A stretch of 32,000 nt of DNA, from the NCBI RefSeq assembly GCF_000179635.2, contig NC_014833.1:2640001-2672000 (forward strand), read 5' to 3'. Origin of the DNA: Ruminococcus albus 7 = DSM 20455. GTDB lineage: Bacteria; Bacillota; Clostridia; Oscillospirales; Ruminococcaceae. The notes below the pieces were generated by a model that saw only the letters and a list, made by a program, of their open reading frames with translations, ran no database searches and had not been told where the DNA came from. Below, in pieces: positions 17,359 to 25,710 of the stretch (position 1 is the first letter of the stretch; each line of letters starts with the position of its first letter). The translations under genes and the position numbers were made by a program.

Positions 17359-17388
17359 ATTATACCTCATTTCACGAATAAAAGTCAA
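17359..17388 (-). promoter_or_regulatory. Promoter of the Ter-type operon
   Basis: Minus strand: TTGACT (17388-17383), 18-nt spacer, TATAAT (17364-17359). It gives a leader of about 100 nt before the ATG at 17251. Confidence 0.6.
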
Positions 17389-17543
17389 GGGTTATTCATA
17401 GTTTTGACTTCGATTCGTTAATTTATATATATCGGCTCGCTTATACTTAGTCATTTCATATAAAGTGAATATGATGATATTGTTAAAAACGTACTAACGG
17501 TCATTTAAAGCTCCAGCGTGTCAAATCACATTGTTTTAATAAG

Positions 17544-17569
17544 CAAAAAAGACCTGCATTGGCAGGCCT
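17544..17569 (-). terminator. Terminator after the pdaA-like gene
   Basis: Minus strand: GGCCTGCcaatGCAGGTC followed by TTTTTTGC. Confidence 0.55.
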
Positions 17570-17597
17570 TGATTTGTTTGCTGTATCACGCATCGGA

Positions 17598-18413
17598 TCA
17601 GTTTATCTCAAATCCCTTATCGCGGATACCGTCTATCAGATCACCCAGTATCTCCGCGTTGGTAGCTGACACCGAATGCAGCAGATATATCGCCCCGGGG
17701 TGAGCGGCATTTTTCAGCTTTTCAAGGGCTTCTGCAGGGTCTGGCTGAGCATCGGGATCCCAGTCGGCATAAGCAAAGCTCCACAGCATCGTCTTATAGC
17801 CGCATTCCTGCGTGACAGCAAGGGACTGTTCTGAAAACTCACCCATAGGCGGACGGAACATTGTCATCTCCACCCCGAAATTCTTGCTTATATACTCATG
17901 CAGTCCCATTATCTCGCTTCGGGCGGCATCGGGCGCAAGTGATGGCATAGAGTGGTGGTGTACCGAATGGTTCGCTATGGTATGACCCTCATCTATCATG
18001 CGCTGCACAAGTTCAGGGTTGCGCTCGGCATAGTCCTGCACCAGGAAGAATATAGCTTTTACATCCTTCTCTTTCAGTGTGTCAAGTATCTTTGCTGTAT
18101 AGCCGTTTTCATACCCCTGATCGAAAGTTAGTGTGATGGCATCATCATCCTCATTTATGGCGGCTGCATTGTAGCTGCCGTAATCCCTGTTGAAATACAG
18201 CGCACCTGTTGTGCGGTTCCTTTCATCAACCTGTACGCCTTGTCCGTAACCGTGCTTCTCCGTCGAAAGCGCTGAGATATCCTTTGGTGTCTGTGTTGTT
18301 AGCATGACAGGGTCAGCCGTACCTTTTCTGCCCGACTTCACTGCCACTCCGCAGGCTGTAAGCACACCTGCCGTGAAAAGCGCGGCAAGTCTTGCCAGTA
18401 TAAGCTTATTCAT
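17598..18413 (-). CDS. Polysaccharide deacetylase lipoprotein (NodB fold), PdaA-like
   Basis: AGGAGGA plus 7 nt precedes ATG 18413 (MNKLILARLAALFTAGVLTAC, with lipobox LTAC). NodB motifs are TFDQGYENGYT and HTIANHSVHHH. Confidence 0.8.
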   Translation of the reverse strand: MNKLILARLAALFTAGVLTACGVAVKSGRKGTADPVMLTTQTPKDISALSTEKHGYGQGVQVDERNRTTGALYFNRDYGSYNAAAINEDDDAITLTFDQGYENGYTAKILDTLKEKDVKAIFFLVQDYAERNPELVQRMIDEGHTIANHSVHHHSMPSLAPDAARSEIMGLHEYISKNFGVEMTMFRPPMGEFSEQSLAVTQECGYKTMLWSFAYADWDPDAQPDPAEALEKLKNAAHPGAIYLLHSVSATNAEILGDLIDGIRDKGFEIN

Positions 18414-18463
18414 TCTGCATTCCTCCTTTTTCACATTATCTGCAAAAAAGAAGTTTTGATACA

Positions 18464-18495
18464 CAAAAAGAGGACGGAAAATACTCCCGTCCTCT
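18464..18495 (-). terminator. Terminator after ireB
   Basis: 9-bp stem agaggacgg (18469-18477) / ccgtcctct (18487-18495). On the minus strand it is followed by TTTTT. Confidence 0.75.
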
Positions 18496-18506
18496 GAAAG
18501 CTCATA

Positions 18507-18752
18507 TCAGTCCTGAAGATAATTCTTTACCAGCGCCTGAAGCAGCTCATCTCTGTCGATATGACGTATCAGACTTCTGGCGTTGTTGTATGTGGTTATG
18601 TAGGTTGGATCCTCGGAAAGGATATAACCTACTATCTGATTCACAGGATTATAGCCTTTTTCTTTAAGCGCGTCATAGACCTCCGTCAATGTCTTTTTAA
18701 GTTCGGATTCCTTATCACGCTGAAGTGAAAATTCCATTGTTCTGTCATTCAT
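18507..18752 (-). CDS. ireB: IreB-family regulatory phosphoprotein (UPF0297)
   Basis: The conserved core is [56 protein letters not shown]. The start was chosen at ATG 18752 (MNDRTMEF) behind AAGGAG; the ORF track starts at 18782. Confidence 0.8.
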   Translation of the reverse strand: MNDRTMEFSLQRDKESELKKTLTEVYDALKEKGYNPVNQIVGYILSEDPTYITTYNNARSLIRHIDRDELLQALVKNYLQD

Positions 18753-18834
18753 ACGATTCATCTCCTTGCTATACAGCACCACTCCGTAAAAGTTAATATC
18801 ATGACATCGGTGCTTGTATATTGTCCTTGATAAT

Positions 18835-18863
18835 ATTATACTCTACTTTTTGGAAAATAACAA
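18835..18863 (-). promoter_or_regulatory. Promoter for ireB
   Basis: Minus strand: TTGTTA (18863-18858), 17-nt spacer, TATAAT (18840-18835). Confidence 0.55.
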
Positions 18864-18925
18864 GGGGTTGAATAAATTTTATCAATTTTGTACAAATTCA
18901 GTAACGAATTTTTAACATTTTGTAT

Positions 18926-21337
18926 TTATCTGAGCTCAGCACCAATTGCAGCCAGTTCCTTTATAGCCTTTTCCATAGCCTTATCAGCCTGATCATCGGT
19001 AAGAGTGCCTTCCAGTGATCTCATGGAGATAGAATAGGATACAGACTTCTTGCCGGCCTCGATCTGCTCACCTCTGTATACATCAAAGAGAGTAACGCTC
19101 TCCAGTATACCGCCGACAGCCTTCTTTATAGCCTTTTCAAGCTCAGCAGCGGGCAGCTCCTCATCGCATACCACAGAGAGATCTCTTGTTGATGCAGGGA
19201 ACTTGGGCAGAGGCTTGTATGTCTTGGTATCGCATGAAAGCTCCATCAGTTCGGGGATATTGATCTTGCCGATGTAAGTTCTTGCTTCGATGCCGTAGTT
19301 CTCCATTACCTTGGGGTGGAGCTCACCGATGATACCCACCTGCTTGCCGTCAACCTTGATAACAGCACATCTGCCGGGGTGGAAAGCGCTTACCTCAGCG
19401 AACTCGCAGTCATCACCGGGTCTTTCGTACTCAGCTTCCTCTGCACCTACCGCATTCAGCAGACCGTCAGCCATACCCTTGAGGGTATAGAAATCAGCCT
19501 TATCGGTGGTATCATAGAAACCGAAACCAAGTCTTACAGGCTCATTGGGGAGCACCTCGCCCTCAACGGGGATATACTCGTTGCCCATCTCGAACACATA
19601 GCACTCGGGGTTGCGGTAGCTGTAGTTTCTTGCAACAACTTCCAGTACAGAAGGAATGATAGTTGTTCTCATAACGCTGGTATCTTCACCCAGAGGGTTC
19701 ATGATAGTAACAGTATTTCTCAGCTTGCTGTCAGCAGGGAGAGCTATCTTGTCAAAATACTTGGGCGAGATGAAAGAGAATGTCTCTATCTCGTTAAGAC
19801 CCATTGAAAGCATAGCTGCCTTTACCTTGCGCTCGTAATTCTGCTTGGGGGTGCGCTGTGCGTTGGCAACACCTCTGATAATGGTATCGGGAATGCTGTT
19901 ATAGCCGTAGATACGAGCAACTTCCTCAGCGATATCAGCCTTGCAGCCGATGTCAACCCTGAACCACGGAGCGTATACTCTGCCGTCCTTAACGGTGAAT
20001 TCCAGCTTTTCAAGAATGCTGATCATCTCAGCCTCGGGTATATCAGTGCCGAGGAAATTGTTTATCCAGTCAGCGCTGAACTCAACATTAAGAGGAGTTT
20101 CGTTCTGGTAGTTCTCGTCGATAACAGTCTTTACAACTTCACCTGCGCCCAGTTCTTCAACCAGCTGGCAGGCACGCATAAGAGCCTCATAGCACTCGTG
20201 TGGGTCAAGACCCTTGTCGTATCTGGAAGAAGCATCTGTTCTCATGCGGAGCTTCTTGGCAGTTGTTGCTATGCTTGCGCCGTCAAAGCAAGCAGACTCA
20301 AATACAACGGTGGTGGTATCGTCCATGATACCGCTGTACTCGCCGCCCATAACACCTGCTACAGCTACGGGCTTCTTAGCATCGGCGATGACCAGCATTT
20401 CCTCGCTCAGTTCTCTCTCTATGCCGTCAAGAGTAGTTATCTTTTCGCCCTGCTTTGCGTTGCGGACATTTATCTCAGCGCCCTCAACATATCTCAGGTC
20501 GAAAGCGTGCATGGGTCTGCCATATTCAAGCATTACATAGTTTGTGATATCAACGAAATTGTTGATAGGACGAACACCGCTGGCACGGAGTCTTTCTCTC
20601 ATCCATCTGGGAGAAGGTCCTATCTTGACATTCTTTACGATAGCACCGATGTATCTCTTGCAGAGGTCGGTGTTATGTATCTTGACTTTCAGCATCTCGT
20701 TGATATCGCCGTCAACGCCCTTGAATTCGGGAGCCTTGACTTTCAGCTCCTTGCCGAAAGTAGCGGCGGTCTCTCTTGCAAGACCGATAACGGACATACA
20801 ATCGGGACGGTTGGAGGTTATCTCGAACTCAACAGTGGTATCATTGAAGCCGATAGCCTCTCGGATATCCTTGCCGACTGTCTTATCGCAGTCATCACCC
20901 AGTATGAATATGCCGTCCTCGATAGCATATGGGAAATCGTGTACCGAAAGACCCAGTTCGCCCAGCGAGCAGAGCATACCGTTAGAAGCCTCGCCTCTCA
21001 GCTTGCCCTTTGTGATCTTTACGGTCTTGCCCTCGTGAAGTACAGTTGACTTGTGCTTTGCAACAGGAACGAAATCGTCCTTCTTTACGTTCTGTGCGCC
21101 TGTAACTATCTGTACCAGTGCGCCCTCGCCGACATCAAGCTGGCAGATGAACATATGGTCGGAATTGGGGTGAGGAACTATGTCCTTTACCTGACCTACC
21201 ACAACGTTCTCCAGATAATCGCCTTCTTCGTTATAGCACTCAACTTTTGAGCCCGAAAGGGTTATACCCGAAACAAAATCCTTTATAGGCATATCGCAGT
21301 CAACATAATCTGCGAGCCATCTCATTGAAAGATCCAT
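18926..21337 (-). CDS. pheT: Phenylalanine--tRNA ligase beta subunit
   Basis: 803 aa. The N-terminus MRWLADYVD plus a tRNA-binding domain, B3/4, B5 and C-terminal FDX-ACB-like regions are typical of PheT. GGAGG is the RBS. It follows pheS by 40 nt. Confidence 0.95.
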   Translation of the reverse strand: MDLSMRWLADYVDCDMPIKDFVSGITLSGSKVECYNEEGDYLENVVVGQVKDIVPHPNSDHMFICQLDVGEGALVQIVTGAQNVKKDDFVPVAKHKSTVLHEGKTVKITKGKLRGEASNGMLCSLGELGLSVHDFPYAIEDGIFILGDDCDKTVGKDIREAIGFNDTTVEFEITSNRPDCMSVIGLARETAATFGKELKVKAPEFKGVDGDINEMLKVKIHNTDLCKRYIGAIVKNVKIGPSPRWMRERLRASGVRPINNFVDITNYVMLEYGRPMHAFDLRYVEGAEINVRNAKQGEKITTLDGIERELSEEMLVIADAKKPVAVAGVMGGEYSGIMDDTTTVVFESACFDGASIATTAKKLRMRTDASSRYDKGLDPHECYEALMRACQLVEELGAGEVVKTVIDENYQNETPLNVEFSADWINNFLGTDIPEAEMISILEKLEFTVKDGRVYAPWFRVDIGCKADIAEEVARIYGYNSIPDTIIRGVANAQRTPKQNYERKVKAAMLSMGLNEIETFSFISPKYFDKIALPADSKLRNTVTIMNPLGEDTSVMRTTIIPSVLEVVARNYSYRNPECYVFEMGNEYIPVEGEVLPNEPVRLGFGFYDTTDKADFYTLKGMADGLLNAVGAEEAEYERPGDDCEFAEVSAFHPGRCAVIKVDGKQVGIIGELHPKVMENYGIEARTYIGKINIPELMELSCDTKTYKPLPKFPASTRDLSVVCDEELPAAELEKAIKKAVGGILESVTLFDVYRGEQIEAGKKSVSYSISMRSLEGTLTDDQADKAMEKAIKELAAIGAELR

Positions 21338-21377
21338 TTATTTAAAACCTCCGTTATTAATCAATATTACCAGCTTA

Positions 21378-22397
21378 TCAGAACTGCTCCAGGAACCTCA
21401 TATCGTTCTCATAAAGCAGACGCATATCGTTTATGCTGTAACGTCCCATGGTGATCCTTTCAAGACCGATGCCGAAGGCGAAACCGCTGTATACCTCGGG
21501 ATCTATGCCGCATTCTTCAAGCACCTTGGGGTGTACCATACCTGAACCAAGAAGCTCTACCCAGCCTTCCTGCTTGCACATGGAACAGCCCTTGCCGTGG
21601 CAGTTGAAGCACATCAGATCGACCTCTGCTGAAGGCTCGGTGTAGGGGAAGTGGTGGGGTCTGAATCTTACCTGAGTTTCCTCGCCGTAAAGACGCTTCA
21701 TCAGCAGTTCAAGAGTACCCTTGAGGTCAGCCATAGTAATGCCCTTGTCGATAACAAGACCCTCGATCTGGTGGAACAGAGGTGAATGAGTAGCGTCAAC
21801 AGCATCAGAACGGTAAACTCTGCCGGGGGAGATTATACGGATAGGAGGCTTTCTGTTCTCCATAGTCCTTATCTGAACGGAGGAGGTCTGTGTTCTCAGC
21901 AGAACGTTCTCATTGATATAGAAAGTATCCTGAGTATCTCTTGCAGGGTGATGCTTGGGCATATTCAGTGCCTCAAAGCAGTAGTGGTCTGTTTCTACCT
22001 CGGGACCTTCAACGATATCGAATCCCATGCCGAGGAATACTTCCTCTACCTGCTCCAGTGTAACCTGCAGGGGGTGTGCCCTGCCTATCTTCATAGGCTT
22101 GCCGGGGAGAGTAACGTCAAGTCTTTCAGCTTTAAGGCGAAGTTCCTCAGCCTTGCTTTTCAGCTCTTCCTTGCGTGCATTGAGAGCTTCCTCGATATCG
22201 CTTCTCACCTTGTTTGCCAGCTGACCGATAACAGGTCTTTCCTCAGCGGAAAGCTTGCCCATCTGCTTGAGTATAGCAGTCAGCTCACCCTTTTTGCCGA
22301 GGAACCTTACGCGGAAATCCTCCAGCAGCTTGATGTCGCTGATACCCGAAAGTTCGGATTTAGCGCGTTCTTCGATACTGGTTAACTGTTCTTTCAT
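21378..22397 (-). CDS. pheS: Phenylalanine--tRNA ligase alpha subunit
   Basis: 339 aa. Class II aaRS motifs are present ([30 protein letters not shown]). AGGAGG is the RBS. Confidence 0.95.
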   Translation of the reverse strand: MKEQLTSIEERAKSELSGISDIKLLEDFRVRFLGKKGELTAILKQMGKLSAEERPVIGQLANKVRSDIEEALNARKEELKSKAEELRLKAERLDVTLPGKPMKIGRAHPLQVTLEQVEEVFLGMGFDIVEGPEVETDHYCFEALNMPKHHPARDTQDTFYINENVLLRTQTSSVQIRTMENRKPPIRIISPGRVYRSDAVDATHSPLFHQIEGLVIDKGITMADLKGTLELLMKRLYGEETQVRFRPHHFPYTEPSAEVDLMCFNCHGKGCSMCKQEGWVELLGSGMVHPKVLEECGIDPEVYSGFAFGIGLERITMGRYSINDMRLLYENDMRFLEQF

Positions 22398-22426
22398 AAT
22401 TTATCCTCCTAAAATAATACTTAACT

Positions 22427-22533
22427 TATATACTAAACTCTATTGCAAAATACGCATATAAAGCTCACATGAGCTATGCTTTTTGCAATTGGGAGCTTTA
22501 GAGGCGCATATTTTGCTATAGAGTTTAGTATAT
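22427..22533. repeat. ~107-bp element with ~29-bp near-perfect terminal inverted repeats, lying between the methyltransferase gene and pheS
   Basis: The arms are tatatactaaactctattgcaaaatacgc (22427-22455) and gcgcatattttgctatagagtttagtata (22504-22532), with 1 mismatch and a 1-nt bulge. The 48-nt centre contains the sub-palindrome AGCTCAtgTGAGCT. The right arm overlaps the methyltransferase stop codon (22533-22535). Confidence 0.8.
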
Positions 22534-23285
22534 TATAGCTTACGTACTGTTTTAAGTATGTAAGTATCGTTATATACAACTTTTCCGCCATGCGCCTGCA
22601 CAGCTTCGTATACCCCCGCAAAGAATGGTGTGCGGTAGGGTTCTTCAAGCGTTATGTGATCGCTGTGGGTGCCGATGTACTGAATATACTCGTCCGCCGT
22701 ATACTCACGCCTGCCCTTGAAATACTTCGTTTCAAGCTCGGTAAAGCCGTAGTTCACCGCATTGTCGTAAACGAACCCACCCTTGTAGCTGGTCGGCGGC
22801 TTGAAGTATTTGTCATAGACCTTCTGTATATCCGCAAAAAGCGCAGGGTCGGGAGTTTTATAGTCCCCGCGGAGATACATCATCGCCAGCATACCGCCGC
22901 TGTTCAGCAGTTCAAAGGTCTTGCCGAAAGCGACTATCTCGGGTATCCACTGTATAGTCGCCGCGGAGTAGATAAAGTCAAACTTTTCACCATTAAAATC
23001 GTGGGTGATGAAGTCATCATTTATCAGCCTGTAATTGCCGCGTCCGCCGTACTTTTTACGCAGTACTTCCGCGAAATTTGAGCCAAGTTCAATGGCGGTA
23101 TAGTCACAGCCCGTATCAAGTATCGGGTCGGTAGCCTGCCCCGTCCCGGGACCCAGTTCCAGCACTTTTGTACCCCTGCCGATATCCGCCTTAGCGATGA
23201 TATGTGCAAACAGTTCATCACTGTAATGTATGCGCCACTTATCGAACTGCTCGGGTATAGTATCAAAACAAAGCCTGTATTCCAT
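22533..23285 (-). CDS. Class I SAM-dependent methyltransferase
   Basis: 250 aa. Motif I is VLELGPGTGQAT and the post-I acidic residue is in AIELG. The RBS is AAGGGGGG. Confidence 0.8.
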   Translation of the reverse strand: MEYRLCFDTIPEQFDKWRIHYSDELFAHIIAKADIGRGTKVLELGPGTGQATDPILDTGCDYTAIELGSNFAEVLRKKYGGRGNYRLINDDFITHDFNGEKFDFIYSAATIQWIPEIVAFGKTFELLNSGGMLAMMYLRGDYKTPDPALFADIQKVYDKYFKPPTSYKGGFVYDNAVNYGFTELETKYFKGRREYTADEYIQYIGTHSDHITLEEPYRTPFFAGVYEAVQAHGGKVVYNDTYILKTVRKL

Positions 23286-23298
23286 ACGCCCCCCTTAA

Positions 23299-23334
23299 AC
23301 AAAAAACGGTCTTGTCCAAAAAACAGGACAAGAC
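23299..23334 (-). terminator. Intrinsic terminator of the T-box expression platform
   Basis: Minus strand: GGTCTTGTCC tgtttttt GGACAAGACC followed by GTTTTTTG. It ends about 14 nt before the methyltransferase ATG. Confidence 0.85.
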
Positions 23335-23593
23335 CGACTAAGACGCATCTTGTATATGGTCAAACTTTAAAGTCTGACCGTGACCACCCTGGGGAACCAA
23401 CATTCCCCTTTCCCGTAACGCAGGCACAGCGTCCGCACTTACAAGCCTAAGCCTTCGGCGCAGCCACTCACAAGTGAACTTCGGCACTCCGCGAAATAAA
23501 CCGCTTTCAGCACCACAATGGGCGGTTCTCTCTGAAATTCGTGTTGAGTACGTACTCTCTTGGTCATAGTGTTTGATGTGATATAAATTTTAC
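23299..23593 (-). promoter_or_regulatory. T-box riboswitch leader with a Phe (UUC) specifier
   Basis: All elements read on the minus strand. The 5' GA/K-turn motif is AGAGAGUA (23560-23553). The AG bay is AGAGAG (23533-23528). The distal loop is GGUGCUGAAAG (23514-23504). The specifier context is GAAG-UUC-A (UUC = 23478-23476). An F-box-like CGUUAC is at 23420-23415. The stem III hairpin is GGGGAAuguuggUUCCCC (23408-23391). It is immediately followed by the T-box sequence AGGGUGGUCACGG (23390-23378), then the terminator. Confidence 0.8.
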
Positions 23594-23600
23594 AAACTAT

Positions 23601-23629
23601 ATGATATCATATTTTTTCGGAGATTTCAA
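23601..23629 (-). promoter_or_regulatory. Promoter driving the T-box leader
   Basis: Minus strand: TTGAAA (23629-23624), 17-nt spacer, TATCAT (23606-23601). Confidence 0.55.
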
Positions 23630-23690
23630 GGGGTTTACAGAAATTTTACATTCATCTGTATTCTTTGCAGATCATTCCACAAGTCATGGT

Positions 23691-24575
23691 TCACTCTTTC
23701 TTCTCATTCTCCACATGGAGAAAATTGTTATATACAAACACCAGCACAGCCATCGCAATGATTATCACATATCCCACAAAGCTCCATTTATCGGGGAACT
23801 GGTTCAGGAATATCACACCTAGGATAGTAGAGAATATCAACTGTGAATAGTCATATACCGATATCTCTTTTGCGGGGGCATGGGAGTATGCCGCGGTTAT
23901 CGAGAACTGTCCGCCTGCCGCCGAAATGCCTGCGCCCAGCAGCATAAGGAACTGCACCAGCGTCATGGGCTTGTACTGTATTATAAGGAAAGGCAGTGCG
24001 AAAAGGCTTGAAAATGCCGAGAAATACGCAACTATCACAGGGCCTTTAACGCCGTGCTGTCCTAAATATCGTACACAAGTATAGGCAAGTCCTGCGCCCA
24101 TTCCTCCTAAAAATCCGCATATTGCAGGGAAAAGCTCAACATTCGAGAAGCTTGGCTTGATGATAAAAAGACTTCCGATGAACGCGCCCGCTACCGTCAG
24201 CGCCTGAAACGGGGTCAGCTTCTCTTTCAGGAATATGAATGAGAAAACTATCACAAAAAAAGGCGACATCTTGTTCAGCATCAGCGCATCCGATAGGTTC
24301 ATTTTGCCCAGTGCGTAGAAATTTCCCACCATGCCTATGGTTCCGCCGAAGGCTCGCACGAACAGCACTGCATGGTTCTTTTTGTCGCCTATCTCGAATT
24401 TCGTACCGCTCTTTTTCAGCGATACGATGGCTATGAACAGCGCAAAGAAGTTTCTGAAAAAGACTTTCTGCATTGTGGGCAGGTCACCCGATGCCGATAC
24501 GAAAAGCCCCATCAGCGCAAAGCAGAACGCCGAAAGTACTATATAAAATACTGCCTTGTATTTGCTCTTAACCAT
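23691..24575 (-). CDS. EamA/DMT-superfamily transporter
   Basis: About 10 TM segments with the duplicated EamA-type pattern. ATG 24575 overlaps the upstream stop as ATGGTTAA; the ORF track starts at GTG 24584. Confidence 0.8.
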   Translation of the reverse strand: MVKSKYKAVFYIVLSAFCFALMGLFVSASGDLPTMQKVFFRNFFALFIAIVSLKKSGTKFEIGDKKNHAVLFVRAFGGTIGMVGNFYALGKMNLSDALMLNKMSPFFVIVFSFIFLKEKLTPFQALTVAGAFIGSLFIIKPSFSNVELFPAICGFLGGMGAGLAYTCVRYLGQHGVKGPVIVAYFSAFSSLFALPFLIIQYKPMTLVQFLMLLGAGISAAGGQFSITAAYSHAPAKEISVYDYSQLIFSTILGVIFLNQFPDKWSFVGYVIIIAMAVLVFVYNNFLHVENEKKE

Positions 24576-24975
24576 TTCCGTCACGCTTTCCGCGGGAGGT
24601 CATGTACTCGTGCTCCCTTGCAAGTTCGCCTGCCAGTGCTGAAACCGTCCAGTCCCTGTTGTGGGGTGTTACCATAGCTTTCAGCGGAATGTCACAGCCC
24701 TTGCTTCTCAGAATGGTGACTGCCTTATTGAGCTCTCTGCCGTCAAGCCCCGAGAATATAAGCAGTTCCTCAGTGACTTCCGTTCTCGATTCGTTTTCTG
24801 TATATCCGGGAAGTCCGCACACGTATCCCACGCTGTCTGCACCGCAGTCATTGACTGCCGCTGTATACTTTCCGCCCACATCCGACATGGCTTCTTCAAC
24901 TGCCGCCGCTTTCTCCGGCAGTACATTTACTCCCACCGCAAGTTTTGGCACAGGTGCGCTCAGCCTTGCTTTCAT
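24568..24975 (-). CDS. Small soluble protein, DUF3783-like (function unknown)
   Basis: 135 aa with AGGAAG as RBS. It lies 11 nt after the upstream gene. The C-terminal segment KAMVTPHNRDWTVSALAGELAREHEYM resembles what I recall of DUF3783. That call is tentative. Confidence 0.5.
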   Translation of the reverse strand: MKARLSAPVPKLAVGVNVLPEKAAAVEEAMSDVGGKYTAAVNDCGADSVGYVCGLPGYTENESRTEVTEELLIFSGLDGRELNKAVTILRSKGCDIPLKAMVTPHNRDWTVSALAGELAREHEYMTSRGKRDGNG

Positions 24976-24986
24976 TTTACCACTTC

Positions 24987-25631
24987 CTATAATCCGTGTT
25001 TATGGAGTGGATCCCACTCCATATCTTCCTTACTGTAATAATCGTCATCGTCGGTGATGACCTTGTAGTTTTTCTTTGGATACTTTATCTCATCATGGAA
25101 TTTCTCTATAAGGGTAAGCTTAGCCTTTGTGTCGATGAATTTAAGCACTGCCAAACCGTCCTTAGGCTGATATGCACTCTCGCTCCCCTTTTTTCCGACC
25201 TTTGCAAACTGCGACTTTTCGCACTTTTTCAGCTTAAAGCACATATTGCCCCTGCCGTCCTGAGAAGTGCGCTCCACCTCATCGTAAAAGAGGGTCACTT
25301 TCAGCATATCCCCCATAAGACCAAGCTTTTGCAGATGTTCTATCCTGTCGGTGTATATGCGCGTATACAGCCGTGTATCCCGTGAGAGAGCGTAGTATCT
25401 GTACAAAATAATTCCCACCGCGGCATTACCTGCCGCAAGCAGCATCAGCACTATCTTTACAACGATGAACTTCACAAACAGCGAAAGAGCAAATATAACA
25501 CCTGCCAGTATCAGGTTCCTGTACATTTGTTTGGACATCTTTCTGTGCTCAGCCAGATCGTTGAGTGCCTTTGCCTGCTTTTCAGTACGTGACAGCTCAG
25601 GCGGAAAAACATAAACAGGTACACTTTCCAA
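24987..25631 (-). CDS. Hypothetical membrane protein (2 TM segments plus a C-terminal soluble domain)
   Basis: The ORF track starts at ATG 25646, only about 13 nt after a good -10. GGAGG (25645-25641) plus 8 nt precedes TTG 25631. The TM pair is LILAGVIFALSLFVKFIVVKIVLMLLAAGNAAVGIILY. Confidence 0.6.
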   Translation of the reverse strand: MESVPVYVFPPELSRTEKQAKALNDLAEHRKMSKQMYRNLILAGVIFALSLFVKFIVVKIVLMLLAAGNAAVGIILYRYYALSRDTRLYTRIYTDRIEHLQKLGLMGDMLKVTLFYDEVERTSQDGRGNMCFKLKKCEKSQFAKVGKKGSESAYQPKDGLAVLKFIDTKAKLTLIEKFHDEIKYPKKNYKVITDDDDYYSKEDMEWDPLHKHGL

Positions 25632-25659
25632 GCTCTGCACCTCCATTCACACGGCTTAC

Positions 25660-25688
25660 ATTATATCATACCGGTATAAAAAAATCAA
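25660..25688 (-). promoter_or_regulatory. Promoter for the membrane-protein/DUF3783/EamA unit
   Basis: Minus strand: TTGATT (25688-25683), 17-nt spacer, TATAAT (25665-25660). Confidence 0.55.
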
Positions 25689-25710
25689 GCACAAACTGCG
25701 CAGGCATCCC

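Noticed and set aside
22398-22532. Expected T-box or Phe-rich leader peptide directly upstream of pheS.
   Set aside because: There is no GGUGGNACC-type sequence and no specifier architecture. The short ORFs (MRL-stop, MRILQ-stop) contain no Phe codons. The space is filled by the long inverted repeat instead, and the real T-box is upstream of the methyltransferase gene.
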